From Octopus vulgaris (Eukaryota): 64,000 nucleotides of DNA. Within the stretch, counting starts at the first letter, position 1. Every line of letters begins with the position of its first letter. Below the pieces are notes generated by a model, which was given only the letters and a program-made list of their open reading frames with translations, searched no databases and had not been told where the DNA came from. A program made the position numbers and the translations under genes. Location: contig OX597817.1 of NCBI GenBank assembly GCA_951406725.2, positions 42,408,001-42,472,000 of the forward strand, read 5' to 3'. Shown piece by piece: positions 39,515-52,742 of the stretch.

Positions 39515-40680
39515 ATAGTAGGTAAAAACTATACAGGTAAAATGTACTATATATATGTATACTATATATAATATATGTATAAGATATATATAAAATATAA
39601 TGTATAAAATATGTAGGTAAAATATGTAGGTAAAATATAATATATATATATAAAATTTAGGTATATAATATATATAAAATATGTAGGTAACATACAATAT
39701 TTAAAATATATATATAAATATCTATACATTTATAGGCGCAGGAGTGGCTGTGTGGTTAGTAGCTTGCTTACCAACAACATGGTTCCGTGGCACCTTGGGC
39801 AAGTGTCTTCTACTATAGCCTTGGGCCGACCAAAGCCTTGTGGGTGGATTTGGTAGATGGAAACTGAAAAGAAGCCCATCATATATATTTATATGTATAT
39901 ATGTGTGTGTGTTTGTGTGTCAGTGTTTGTCCCCCAACATCACTTGACAACCAATGCTGGTGTCTTTACACCCCTGTAACTTAGCAGTTTGGCAAAAGAG
40001 ACCGATAGAATAAGTACTAGGCTTACAAAGGATAAGTCCTGGGGTTGATTTGCTTGCCTAAAGGTGGTGCTCCAGCATGGCCACAGTCAAACGACTGAAA
40101 CAAGTAAAAGAGATATAATATATATATAAAATATGTAGGTAAAATACAATATTTAAAATATATATAAGATGTATATAAAATATCTAGGTAAAATATGCAG
40201 GTAAAATATAATATATAAAATATATATATAAAATATGTAGGTAAAATACAATATTTAAAATATATATAAAATATCTAGGTAAAATATATAAAAAATATAT
40301 ATATAATATATAAAATATGTAGGTAAAATACAATATTTAAAATATATATAAAATATCTAGGTAAAATATATAAAATATATATATAATATATAAAATATGT
40401 AGGTAAAATACAATATTTAAAATATATATAAAATATATATAAAATATCTAGGTAAAATATATAATAATATATATATATATAATATATAAAATATGTACAA
40501 TATTTAAAATATATATATAAAATATATATAAGATATATATAAAATATATATAAGATATATATAAAATATATATAAAATATGTAGGTAAAATATAATATGT
40601 AAAATATATATATATATATAATATATATATATAATATACATAAAATATGTAGGTAAAATATATGTGAAATAAAATATATC
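39515..40680. repeat. AT-rich satellite (aaaatatgtaggtaaaata...) interrupted by SINEs
   Basis: Recurrent taggtaaaata core; SINE A at 39734-40112; tract resumes at about 41021-41130. Confidence 0.85.
39734..40112 (+). mobile_element. SINE family A copy
   Basis: Head, core and tail present, with a short deletion in the head. Confidence 0.85.
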
Positions 40681-40682
40681 AT

Positions 40683-41020
40683 GGCACTCCATTGAGGGTT
40701 CCAGTTGATCCGATCAAGAGAACAGCCTGTTTGTGAAATTAACGTCTAAGTGGCTGAGCACTCCATAGACATGTGTACACTTAACATAGATCTCAGAGAG
40801 ATTCAGTGTGACACAGATTGTGACAAAAACAGGACGAAAGATTGAGAGAAAGCTGTGGTGAAAGAGTATAGCAGGGTTTGCCACCACCCCCTACCAGAGC
40901 CCCGTGGAGCTTTAGGTGTTTTTGCTCAATAAACACTCACAATGCCTGGTCTGGAAATTGAATCCATGATCCTATGACCGTGCATCCACTGCCCTAATTA
41001 CTGAGCCATTGCGCCTCCAC
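40683..41020 (-). mobile_element. SINE family B copy
   Basis: Minus strand begins gtggaggcgcaatggctcagt. Confidence 0.8.
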
Positions 41021-41449
41021 TTAAAATATATAGATGAAATATAATACATAAAATATAATATTTAAAATATTTATATATAACATATATAGAAAATATATAC
41101 AAAATACATAGATAAAATATAATATATAAAATCATCATCATTGTTTAACGCCTGTTTTCCATGCTAGCATGAGTTGGACAGTTCGACCGGGGTCTGGGAA
41201 GCCAAGAGACTGCACCAGGCTCCAGTGTGATCTGGCAGTGTTTCTACAGTTGGATGCCCTTCCTAATGCCAACCACTCCGTGAGTGTAGTGGTTGCTTTT
41301 TACGTGCCACTGGCACAGGGGCCAGAGGAGGCTGGCAACGGTCACAATCTGTTGGTGCTTTTACATGTCACCGGCTTGTAAAAGAGAAAGAGGGATTTTT
41401 GACATGTTTCACATTAACGATCACAGTATTGCAGTATTGACCAGACAAT

Positions 41450-41710
41450 CAGATGTCGTTATACACTGCTGGTCACAGTGCACTTTCAATTCTGTCTTGA
41501 TTGTACCACTCTTTTCCATCTTGGCTCTAATTCCTTGATCAAACCATCTTCCCATCATCGTGGAGGCCTTCCAATGGACCTTTTCTGATCTCTTGAATAC
41601 CACTCAGCAACTCTTCAGGTCCACCTGTCCATTTTTGTAGCATGTCCGGCCCAGCAGAACTTGTGCTTTTGGCATTTTGCGATGACATCATTCAGTCTGC
41701 CTTGTTCTTG
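41450..41710 (-). pseudogene. C-terminal relic of a second RTE-clade LINE
   Basis: Manual translation KHKFCWAGHATKMDRWT*RVAEWYSRDQKRSIGRPPR*WED, matching the WAGH...RWT...W...GRP..RW.D signature of RTE-1-like ORFs. Confidence 0.75.
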
Positions 41711-42848
41711 AATTATCTCAGTAAACAAGATACCTTATCGCATATGTCTATTGGCTAATACTCACTAGCATCCTAACAACAGAGAGAGAAGGGTAGGGAG
41801 AAAGAGAGAGAGAGGTTTCTGATATGCTTCACATCAAAGATAAATATCATAAATGTCAATGACAGACATCATGAATTTTCAATAAGCAAACTGACCGAAA
41901 CAATTATTATCAATTTAAAAGATAGGGTCACCAGTAATCAAAATGGGCATTGTAGTCTCCACAGACATAAAAATTAATGCTAAAATTTACAATGAAGGTC
42001 CCAAAGATATAATTATTAAGAGTTACTTATCATAACCTGACCTTAATAATGTATTGTTCGCAGAGCTGTTTGTATTTCCTCTCCATTTATAAATAAATTT
42101 TAAAAAAACAGACTGAATGGCGATGTAGGTGGGACTGGGGTGAATTATAGTCATATTTATATGTAAACTAATGTGGTAGGCATCAATAGTTTTGTAATTA
42201 TATATTTGGCACCAATACAAGCAAATATTTCCAACACCATGATTGGTTTTTCTAAGGAAATTTATTACGCTTGTTATCATCTTTTCTTTCTTTCCCTTAT
42301 TCAAGGGACAAGAAATTTGGTTTGGTTTCCAACTTAATAGCATTGCTGACTTCATTTAGTTGTGGCTTTGTACAATGCTACAGAATGGGTGTCGCAGTAA
42401 TTCTGTCACTGATTGCGCTATTGTTTTGTTACAGGTCAACCTTGCTTGTGCAGACCTATGAAGACAGGCATTTCAGCCATGACCATCCCATTTATGTCCT
42501 TTTATTTTAGAAGGTAGAATGTTTTTTGAGGAAAATTTGGCAGCTATTTCTAACAGGTCAAATGATCCTATAGAAACTCCCTTTTTGGGTAACTGCTGAT
42601 GGCATTGATGGCCAAAATAATAATGATTATAATGATGTTTTCTACTATAAGTACAAGGCCTGGGGTTTTGGAGGCAGGGGAAAGTCGATGACATCGACCC
42701 CAGTACTCAACTGGTACTTATTTTATTGATCCTGAAAGAATGAAAGGCAAAATCAACCCTGGCGGAATTTGAACTCAAAACATACAGATGGGTAAAATGC
42801 TGCTAAGCATTTTTCCCAGCATGCTAATGATGCTGCCAGCTCACTGCT

Positions 42849-42908
<60 letters not shown>

Positions 42909-42924
42909 GTAATAATAATAATTT

Positions 42925-43305
42925 AGTGGCTGATAATATGTGCATCTCTAATCACAAGCAGAAGTAGTGGGGGAGCATCATAGTCATGTGTTGAGAGGAA
43001 TTCTTTGGAGTTTGAATAATTCACCTTTGGAAACGTGGGTGTTTTGTTCAACATCCTTAAACAACCCTTATTCAGGGAACTGTTGAGTGGGATAGGCTAC
43101 TCAACCTCAAGAAAATTCTAACTGAGCCCCTCATGCAAGATCATGTGCTGTTTATCTTGATATGAGATCACCATGTCGCACACATATGGTTGTGATGCAT
43201 GTGCCTAGTGTACCCTTATCAGACGGGTAGTCATGATGTGTATACTGGGTTTCGTATATTTTACCCCAGTGTCACTTTGATGGCATGCACTGCTCTCTCA
43301 CTCAA
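42925..43305 (+). mobile_element. Unclassified ~380 bp insertion inside an (AAT)n tract
   Basis: Complex sequence bounded on both sides by long (AAT)n; strand and class are guesses. Confidence 0.5.
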
Positions 43306-43339
43306 TAATAATAATAACAACAACAACAACAACAACAAC

Positions 43340-43399
<60 letters not shown>

Positions 43400-44299
43400 G
43401 ATGTTGATCTGTGATGATTTTAAAAAAAATTTTTCATATCCATCAACCTATCTAGAGAAAATCACCCCCCCCCTTGTACTCTACTACCTCTACTGTGTTC
43501 TTTAGTTTCACTTTCTTATATTTTCTTCCTTTCCTCACATTATTTCATCTCATCCACTTTATTTCATTTTATTCTATTTTATTTCTTCTCATCTTCCTCC
43601 CTTCTTATCCTACTCAATGCAGCATTTCCCTGTTATCTTACTAGAATGATAACCATGATGGATATGAGGTATTCTTGTGGAGTCTTGTCGAGCCATTTGT
43701 TACATCAGAGGCATAATATTGAGAAGAGTGTTGTTGTTGTTGTTATTGTTGGTGTTGTTGTTGTTGTTGCTTCTGCTGCTGCTGTTGTCATTATCATGGT
43801 TGTCTTTGAGCTTCAAGTCAGCCCTATTCCGATAGTGACCATTCTACATCCTCACATCTTTCTTCTTCTCTCTCTCCCTCTATCTATCAATCTATCTATT
43901 ATCTCTTTCTCTCTCTTTCTCCTTGTATCTATCTATTATATCTCTCTCCCTCTCTCTCTCTCCCTCTCCCTCTCCCCTCTCTCTCCCCCTCTCTCTCCAT
44001 CTCTTTCACTCTCCCTCTATCTATCTATCTATCTATCGATCATCTCTCTCTCTTACTCTAAGCATAGTACAGTCTGATGTGTTCTTCCTTTTTGAAGATA
44101 ACAATGAGTTGTTTGAGAAAGATTTAGCTGCTACTTCTAGCACATCAAGCAAATATGTTGCTGCACCGTCATTAGCATATGAGAGTAGCAGTGGTGTCTC
44201 TAGTTGCTGTGAAATAATGGAAATGGTAATAGCGAAATGGTTCTTTGCGACAGCTTTAATATAGCTTTCCACCAAGATGTTGATCATGATACTAATGCT

Positions 44300-44595
44300 G
44301 GCAGTGATGGTAGTGGTGTCGGTGGTAGCGGTGGTGGTTGTGGTGGTGGTGGTGGTTTCGATGGTAGTGGTGATGGTGGTAGTGGTGGTGGTGATGGGGT
44401 GGGGTGGGGGTGCTGCTGCTGATGATGATGATAGTGATGATGATGATGACAATGATGATGATGGTCGTGGTGTTGGTGCTGGTGCTGCTGCTGCTGCTGC
44501 TGCTGCTGGCAGTGGTAATGGTGTTGATGATGGTAGTGATGCTGCTGTTGGTGGTAGTGCTAGTGGTCGTATTGGTGGTGGTGGTGGTGGTGGTT
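44300..44595. repeat. Mixed (GGT/GAT/GCT)n trinucleotide low-complexity tract
   Basis: Seen directly; source of the 217 aa poly-P/A/S/T ORF. Confidence 0.85.
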
Positions 44596-45149
44596 GAGTA
44601 GTTAATCTTTGGTCATTGTTTTTTTCCCCAAATAAACTAAAAAATGCTTTACTTTCTTTTATCTTTCTTTTACTTGATTCCCTCATTGATTATGGCCATT
44701 CTGTAGCACCACCTTGAAGGGTTTTAGTCGAACAAACCACCTTCCACCCCAATACTTTTTTTCAAGTCTGGTACTTATTCTATCGATCACTCATGCCATA
44801 CTTCTAAGTCACAAAAATGTAAACAAATTAACACCTGTTGTCAACAGGGTGGTGGAGGAGACACACATATACACATACAAATACATACATACACACATAC
44901 AAACACACACAAACACACATACACACACACATATATATTCTTTTATTCTTTTGTTTCAGTCATTTGACTGTGGCTATGCTGGAGCACCACCTTTAGTCAA
45001 GCATATCAATCCCAGGATTTATTTTTGTAACCCTAGTATTTATTGTATCAGTCTCTTTTGCCGAATTACTATGTTACAGGGACGTAAACACACCAACATT
45101 GGTTGTCAAGTAATGTTGAGGAGGATAAACACAGACACACAAACATACC

Positions 45150-45324
45150 GCTCACCTCTAAAACTTTTTTTAATTCTCTCTCTGTTTATTTCCTTGTGTT
45201 TCTTTTTGTTGAAGAGTTTAGGCTTGAAACGTAAAAGACTTTCTCACATTCCATGGCGTTAAAATAATACACCTCTTTGTTGTTTATACACCTGTCTTCA
45301 TCTTGTGTTTGTCTGTAAATTCCG

Positions 45325-45415
<91 letters not shown>

Positions 45416-45600
45416 TGAGAATTTACAAAAAAACAAAAGACAAAGATGGGTGTGTAAACAAGAAACAGCTGTATTAGTTATGCTTGGGAAGTGAGAAAGT
45501 CTTTTACATTTCGAGCCTATGCTCTTCAACAGAAAGGGACATAGAAATAAACAGTGAGAGAAAATAAAAAGCAGTTTAGTGGCTAGTGATCTATCATGGA
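45150..45600. mobile_element. Two inverted copies of a ~180 bp hammerhead-like element flanking a (TA)n tract
   Basis: 45150-45330 (+) and 45413-45600 (-) are reverse-complement homologues; a third copy is at about 57733-57925 (-). Confidence 0.75.
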
Positions 45601-45611
45601 GATACATATAG

Positions 45612-45639
<28 letters not shown>

Positions 45640-45651
<12 letters not shown>

Positions 45652-46150
45652 AAATACGTTCTGTCTGTCTGTCTGTGTGTATGTTTCATGTTTATATATA
45701 TTATATATATTATATATATATTATATAAATACGTTCTGTCTGTTTGTGTATGTTCTAGTCTTCTAGGATCTCGGGCATCCTCAATCCGATTGTGCTCAAA
45801 TTTGATATGTAGATACCGACGGTATCAGGGCATGTATAAGTCTTGAAAAAATTACAAAAATCGATTCCAGGTGAGAATGCGATCGATAAAGCCGTGGGAA
45901 CGTGCATTTGTACGCACAAGTACATCAGCTGTTGTGATCAATACTATGTGTATGTGAGAAAACTGCACGAGCAGTTTGTGCAAAAAAAGCCGGTTGGCTT
46001 GAAATAATGCCACAAAATGCAGTATATTTAAGAGACCAAAAAAAGTAAGATGCAAAAGAGATATTTTCTTCAAACTTGACATGAAGGAAGGAAAGACTAT
46101 TTGGTTTCTCAAGAAGTTTTTTTTTTTCCTTAACTTCAATTAACAAAACC
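45640..46150 (+). mobile_element. Possible non-autonomous Helitron-like element (5' portion duplicated)
   Basis: tatataaaatacgttctgtctg occurs twice, then ccgattgtgctcaaatttg; CpG-rich relative to flanks; no 3' hairpin/CTAG end identified. Confidence 0.4.
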
Positions 46151-46254
46151 AAAAATTTTATTGAAATAAAGGCATGCTTAATTATTTTTTAATGAAAAGA
46201 AAACACTGATTGCTTTTTATTCAGCAGATATGATTCACCGTCATCCATTGGAAA

Positions 46255-46670
46255 ATAGAAAATTGGAGGTCCACAGTAGTATTTTAAGGGTCCATGAAAA
46301 AGTATTACTTTGAACGTATTTTGAGGGTTCACAGAAGCAAAATAGTAAAATTAGGAGGTCCACAGTAGTATTTTAAAGGTCCATGAAAAAGTATTACTTT
46401 GAACGTATTTTGAGGGTTCACAGAAGCAAAATAGTAAATTGGAGGTCCACAGTAGTATTTTAAGGGTCCATGAAAAAGTATTACTTTGAACGTATTTTGA
46501 GGGTTCACAGAAGCAAAATAGAAAATTCAAGGTTCACAATAGTATTTTAAGGGTCCATGAAAAAGTATTACTTTGAACGTATTTTGAGGGTTCATAGAAG
46601 CAAAATAGTAAATTGGAGGTTCACAGTAGTATTTTAAGGGCCCATAAAAAGTATTACTTTGAACGTATTT
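46255..46670. repeat. ~88 bp minisatellite, about 4.5 copies
   Basis: Unit gaggtccacagtagtattttaagggtccatgaaaaagtattactttgaacgtattttgagggttcacagaagcaaaatagtaaatt. Confidence 0.92.
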
Positions 46671-46722
46671 ATGGCAGGGAGCAGCTACTTATAAGAAAGT
46701 TTCTTTTTCAAAGATTTTGCAT

Positions 46723-47248
46723 GTTGTTGTATTTAGAATGGTCATTTTTTCTTCTTATTTTTTTGCCAAATAAACACACACACTATATATATTTTTTCAC
46801 TCGTTTATTACTGTTCTTATTTTATTATTTGAACATATGTCCATTGTCCAGAAATCTTTTGTCACACATCTGTGACCTCTTCAGTGACACTTTTCATTTA
46901 CATGGTGTTCTTGCTCCACTTCCTATGTGTGCATGTGTTTATGTCCTTGTTTGTATGTGTGTATGTGTGTGTGTATATTTGTGTGTGTGTCATAGTTTTT
47001 AGTAGCAGTGTGTGTCCTTCCCCTCAACCCCAACCTTGCACCCCCACCACCACACCCCACATGAAAGATTTCAGGACAATAGACATGAGTTAAAATAATA
47101 AAATAAGAACAGCAATAAATGAGTCAAGAAAGTATATATAGTGCATGTGTATATTTGGCATAAAAAAAAACAACCATCTCAAAATACAACAATATCTGCT
47201 TCAACACACGATTTCACATCAAGAATCTTGCAAAATGAACTGATAAAC
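46723..47248. mobile_element. Penelope-derived foldback element with ~10 bp TSD
   Basis: Inverted arms at about 46722-46858 and 47063-47195, extension to about 47235; flanks gattttgcat (46713-46722) and gattttacat (47249-47258). Confidence 0.75.
46845..46889 (-). ncRNA. Minimal type I hammerhead fold
   Basis: tgtca-CTGAAGA-g-gtcaca gatg tgtgac-aAAA-gat-TTC-tggaca: intact CUGANGA and a perfect 6 bp stem II; GAAA changed to AAAA at a CpG. Confidence 0.65.
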
Positions 47249-47474
47249 GATTTTACATAGTTTTAACCAATACAAGTTAGAGTGTGAAAAACAAAATAGG
47301 AATTTTGGAAGTTGTATTTTTAGAACTAATTTTTAAACATTGAATGACTACGAGGGTCCACCAGAACAGAATAACAATCAAAGAGATTCATTGATTTTAA
47401 AAAATGGTTGAGAACCACTGGTGTAGATGAAGAATTGGAATGTATCTTTCTCTGAGAGAGAGGAAAATATTACA

Positions 47475-48353
47475 AAACTTAATATTATTATTAATATTAT
47501 TAATATTATTAAACTTAACAATTTTCTTGGTCTTAAAGCTATTATTATTAATATTATTAATATTATTAAACATAATATTTTTTCTTGGTCTTAAAGTTAT
47601 TATTATTATTAATATTAATATTATTAAACATAATATTTTTCTTGGTCTTAAAGCTATTATTATTAATATTATTAATATTATTAAACATAATATTTTTTCT
47701 TGGTCTTAAAGTTATTATTATTATTAATATTAATATTATTAAACATAATATTTTTCTTGGTCTTAAAGCTATTATTATTAATATTATTAATATTATTAAT
47801 ATTATTAAGCATAATATTTTTTCTTGGTCTTAAAGTTATTATTAATATTAATATTATTAAACTTAATATTTTTCTTGGTCTTAAAGTTATTATTATTAAT
47901 ATTATTAATGTTATTAAACTTAATATTTTTTCTTGGTCTTAAAGCTATTATTATTAATATTATTAATATTATTAAACTTAATATTTTTTGTTGGTCTTAA
48001 AGCTATTATTATTAATATTATTAATATTATTAAACTTAATATTTTTTCTTGGTCTTAAAGCTATTATTATTAATATTATTAATGTTATTAAACTTAATAT
48101 TTTTTCTTGGTCTTAAAGCTATTATTATTAATATTATTAATATTATTAAACTTAATATTTTTTCTTGGTCTTAAAGCTATTATTATTAATATTATTAATA
48201 TTATTAAACTTAATATTTTTTCTTGGTCTTAAAGCTATTATTTATTAATATTAATATTATTAAACTTAATATTTTTTCTTGGTCTTAAAGCTATTAATAT
48301 TATTAATATTATTAATATTATTAAACTTAATATTTTTTCCTTGGTCTTAAAGC
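47475..48353. repeat. ~58 bp AT-rich minisatellite, about 15 copies
   Basis: ttggtcttaaag core recurs about every 58 bp, separated by attattaat repeats. Confidence 0.95.
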
Positions 48354-49745
48354 TTAAAGAGTCAGTCCCAAAGTGCAAAGTTCCTCTTCCCTTCATAAGA
48401 AGCAAACCAAACGAATAAACGTCACTGGTAGAATATCAGTCTTCATAGGATTCCTATTTAGAATGTTAAAGAATCATTCATTAACATTTACAAGACAATC
48501 TCTTGTTAATATTAAATAATTAACACAGCTGCTCCATTTGTTCCTGATTTCAATTAAATGGTCTAGTCTACAGATGGAATTGTTCAATGCCTTACAAAAG
48601 TAAAAAATGATGAGGAATGTGATGATGACAACAATGATGATAATGGTGGTGGTGGTGGTGGTGGAAGAGTAGGCGAAAGAAGGAAAAAGGAAGAGGAGGA
48701 GGGAGAAGAAGCAGACAAGGGAAAGAAGAAGGAAGAGGAGGAAGAAGAAGAGGAAGAAAAGGAGGAAGAAGTGGAGAAAGAAGAGGAGGAAGAAGTGGAG
48801 GAAGAAGAGGATGAAGAAGTGGAGGACGAGGTTAATGATGATGGTAATAACAATGATGATGATGACGACAATGACAAGGAGGAGGATAATGATGCTAATC
48901 ATAGCAATCAGCATCACAATTGCAATGATGGTGACAGAGGTGGTAGTTACACCCACAGCCACAACAATCATATAAAAAAAACAACAAAAACCACGATGAG
49001 TGACATTTAAGATGTTAATGATGTTAACAATAATAATTCATTATTATTTATATTTTTTTACGTTTTTATTTTCATTTATTTATTTTTTGCAGGATTTCAG
49101 ACGCTATATACACAAGGCCTCATTGACATTTTCCACATTATGATAATTATAATTATATAATTTCATGTATAAACATATCCATTGTGGTTAACTAAAAACA
49201 GTAATAAACCGCATAGTCTCTGAGTTTACCTATTAAGGAGACATCAAACATCAGAGGAACATATACCACAAGATAAATAGTTGTACACTTCATATTCAAT
49301 ACAATCAAAGATTCGTGGAATTGTATTGAAAAATCTATAAAAGATCAGAAACAAAGGGAGACCAAAGAGTGACCTTTAATGAAAAGACAAGTTATTAACG
49401 ATGTTAACGGATCAGAAGTTGTCTTAGATTCTGCTTTGTATGAAATATTTTTAATGTAAATACTTGCAAATATTGCTTAATGGATATTCACACACACACA
49501 CATATGTATATATGTGTGTGTGTATAATTATAATATATATATACACATATATTTACATATATTTTTTATACATACAATATACATATATATCTTATACATC
49601 TATGCATATATTTACATATATATTTTTATACATATAATATATATATATGTATTATATATCTATGTATATCTATGTATATGTATGTATACACATGTATATA
49701 TATAAATATATTATACATATATATGTATATAAATGTATGTATGTT

Positions 49746-49779
<34 letters not shown>

Positions 49780-49806
49780 CGTGTATATGTATATTTATAT
49801 ACATAC

Positions 49807-49850
<44 letters not shown>

Positions 49851-50065
49851 AGAGAGAGAGAGAGAAAGATTCATTTATAAAATTAATGATTCTTACAGGA
49901 CTAATATGATATACTTCTCTTTAAAAACTCTTCTGAGAGCAACTTAAAGAGACAATTAAAATATTCTTAAAGACAGACAACAGAAGTAGCCATATAAATG
50001 TAGGTGGTGGACCTACATTTTCAGAATTTGAACTGTTGTGGGCAGCCTGTGACAATAATACTTAC

Positions 50066-50122
50066 ATCCAAATATTCAACAAGGTCTGAAAGATCTTGCT
50101 TTCCACACAAGAATCTCAAGGC
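50066..50122 (-). CDS. Candidate 57 nt internal exon (ALRFLCGKQDLSDLVEYLD), gene unknown
   Basis: Acceptor ctgttttctgctctttag, donor GAT|gtaagt, phase 0-0, single open frame; no recognised homology. Confidence 0.25.
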
Positions 50123-51315
50123 CTAAAGAGCAGAAAACAGTGTGACTATATGAAATTCTTGAAGATGGGTCCATGTGGTGAGCCGTTTTCTACAAACAAC
50201 AAGATCAGGGTAACAGCTCTTATTGTCTTTAATGTGTTTGTACCATGGCAGGTAATTAAAAACTTAATAATAAATTTAATCAGTACATCTCAGATTTTTA
50301 TTTAAATTGCTGTAATACATTTTCTCAAGGTGCTGAACGGGCAGAATCATTAACACATTATACAAAATGCTTAGCAGCATTTCTTCAGGATCTTGATGTT
50401 CTGAGTTCAAATCCCGTTGAGGTCAACTTCACTTTCCATCCATTCAGGGTTGATAAGATAAAATACTAGTCAAGTATATGTGGGTTGATGTAATTGACTT
50501 GTCCTCTCCTTTAAAAATTGCCATCCTTGGACCCTGTAATGGACTGGTCATTCCATTCAGAGAGAATGTTGTGATTTTGGACACTTTTATGCCATGAAAG
50601 CTTGGTAACTGGTCTTATGAATCCTGGGGCTCAAGAAATATAAAACGAAAAAGAATAGATTATTTCATCATATGTCATAGTTAATGATGTGAATAAAATT
50701 TACTATACCTTATTGATCTCAAATTACAGTGAATGAAAATTAGAGATTGTATATATATATACATATTTCTACATATATATTATTCATTATTTGATGAACA
50801 CAATACGTATTTATGTGCTACTATTAGTTTCATGTGCTGAGAGTATGCCAAACAGTGTCTTTAACATGTCAGGTATCTTTTCACCAGATCGCGTACCTTT
50901 TTTGTTGATTTTATCATCACAGAACAGTACACTATACACACACACACACACACACATACACACACACACACATACATACATGCTTGTTGCATCATGGGTA
51001 AGGAAACAAAATACAGAAAAGACCAGAGATAATATAATCTTTCACTTCAAATGCCTAAGAAAATGAATATCATGAAAAAACCCATTATACCAAAATACTC
51101 ATATTTTTCAAGGGGAGGTGGGTTCCAGTAACATATTCATGGAATGTTTTTGTCATATGAGAATTTCCTTGCGAGATCATTTTATCAATATGGATAATGA
51201 ATTTAAGTGATCTTCAATGAAAGTAGATTGAAATTTTTGTTATGTATAAAGGATTGCTTTGAAAAATTCCTTTCTGCTTCACAGCTCATGGTAGGTATTG
51301 TCAAATACAGATTAA

Positions 51316-51535
51316 CCCTTTCGTTACTGTATCTATTTTGAGAAGCTCTGTATTTCTTTCAGTTACTTTAAATATAACAAAGAATTTAGTAAAATGACTT
51401 AGTTATCATTAATCTAGTGTAAGGAACATTAATTGTAACTAAGGCTTGGTGGAAGATTTTAATTCAAAACCTATGAAAACAAGACATTTGTACTCAGAGC
51501 CAGAGCCGGTTTCAGCCAGGTTGGTAATGAAAGGG
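51316..51535. mobile_element. piggyBac-like MITE
   Basis: TTAA on both sides; TIR ccctttcgttac / gtaatgaaaggg (11/12); relatives at about 8150-8300 and 60420-60648. Confidence 0.85.
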
Positions 51536-52336
51536 TTAAGTGTTAGTAATTTTTTAAAATATGTCATTTAGATGTTTCTGAAAGAATTTCTGTGTATTGC
51601 ATTCTGAATGGTGTGTTTTCTTCATGATCTAGAATTTCTTGAAGTGCAAATATCCTTTGAACTGTCAACACACATTTATTATTTTGTGGTCAATATCATT
51701 TTTGTAATATGATATAAGTTTAATTTTGTCCACATCAATTTGTGAATAGTGCACCAAATCTAAGAGGAACTTAGACCTTTTCACAATCTACTCATGTATT
51801 TTAATCCTCTAATGTAATTAGATTACCAAGCAGCCATAGAGTTGATTTAGAATTTCTGCAATAAATCTATTAGGTCCTCTCAAAGAAGCACTGTGACTTG
51901 TTTTATGTAAAAAAAATTTTTTTACCACATTTTTGGAAACATCAGAATAACTTGAAGTTATTTTTTCATACAAGCCTTTTGTTTCTAATTCACAGTGAGT
52001 CTGAATTTTCTTGGAGTTCTTTCACAAATGAATATAAAGATGATAGCAGAAGATAATAATTTTCATCTGATAGCAGAAGATGATAACTTTCAAATTCATC
52101 AAAACCAATTTATACAGTTTTTGTTATTTGAACAAATTAACCCAGTTCTTATCACAGCTCAGTCTTTTTTAAAATTTTTTTTTCCATAAGTATTTGTTTT
52201 AGAAACATTTATTTTGCTCCTTGTAAACCCTACTAAATTCAGTATATGCATCATATGTTTTGCATTGTTTTAATTTTATTTCTAAAATAGAAACAATGTC
52301 TTACATTGAACCATTCTGTATAGAATAATTATTTAT

Positions 52337-52742
52337 AGGCATAGGAGTGGCTGTGTGGTAAGCAGCTTACTTACGAACCACATGGTTTCGGGTTCAGTCC
52401 CACTGTGTGGCACCTTGGGCAAGTGTCTTCTACTATAGTCTCGGGCTAACCAAAGCCTTGTGAGTGGATTTGGTAGACGGAAACTGAAAGAAGCCCATCA
52501 TATATATGTACATATATATGTATGTGTGTGTATATGTTTGTGTGTCTGTGTTGTCACTTGACAACCGATGCTGGTGTGCTTGCGTACCCATAACTTAGTG
52601 CTTCGCAGAAGAGTCCGACAGAATAAGTACTAGGCTTCCAAAGAATAATTCCTGGGGTCAATTTGCTCGATTAAAGACGGTGCTCCAGCATGGCCACAGT
52701 CAAATGAATGAAACAAGTAAAAGAGTAAGAGAGTAAAAGAGT
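52337..52742 (+). mobile_element. SINE family A copy
   Basis: Complete head, core and tail. Confidence 0.85.

Larger units (their letters stand above)
46255..47421. mobile_element. hAT MITE of the 12795 family with internal tandem amplification and a nested PLE foldback
   Basis: Internal homology to 12850-13132 on both sides of the insertion; right TIR ggttgagaaccactg; left end not found. Confidence 0.75.

Noticed and set aside
44033-44686. 217 aa ORF rich in poly-P/A/S/T
   Set aside because: Derived from trinucleotide repeats plus a dispersed repeat fragment (ctagaagtagcagctaaat-like, also near 12490 and 37455); no domain.
47475-48353. CRISPR-like periodic array
   Set aside because: Spacers are near-identical AT repeats, the context is eukaryotic and there are no cas genes; it is a minisatellite.
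48474-49010. Hydrophobic or acidic ORFs resembling membrane proteins
   Set aside because: Produced by (GAA/GAG/GAT)n low-complexity sequence.
49295-49331. Short hairpin ttcaatacaat...attgtattgaa as a pre-miRNA
   Set aside because: Stem of only about 11 bp in AT-rich DNA is too short.
51996-52056. Possible plus-strand terminal exon (ESEFSWSSFTNEYKDDSRR*) after ttctaattcacag
   Set aside because: No upstream partner exon or homology; overlaps a 27 bp local duplication.
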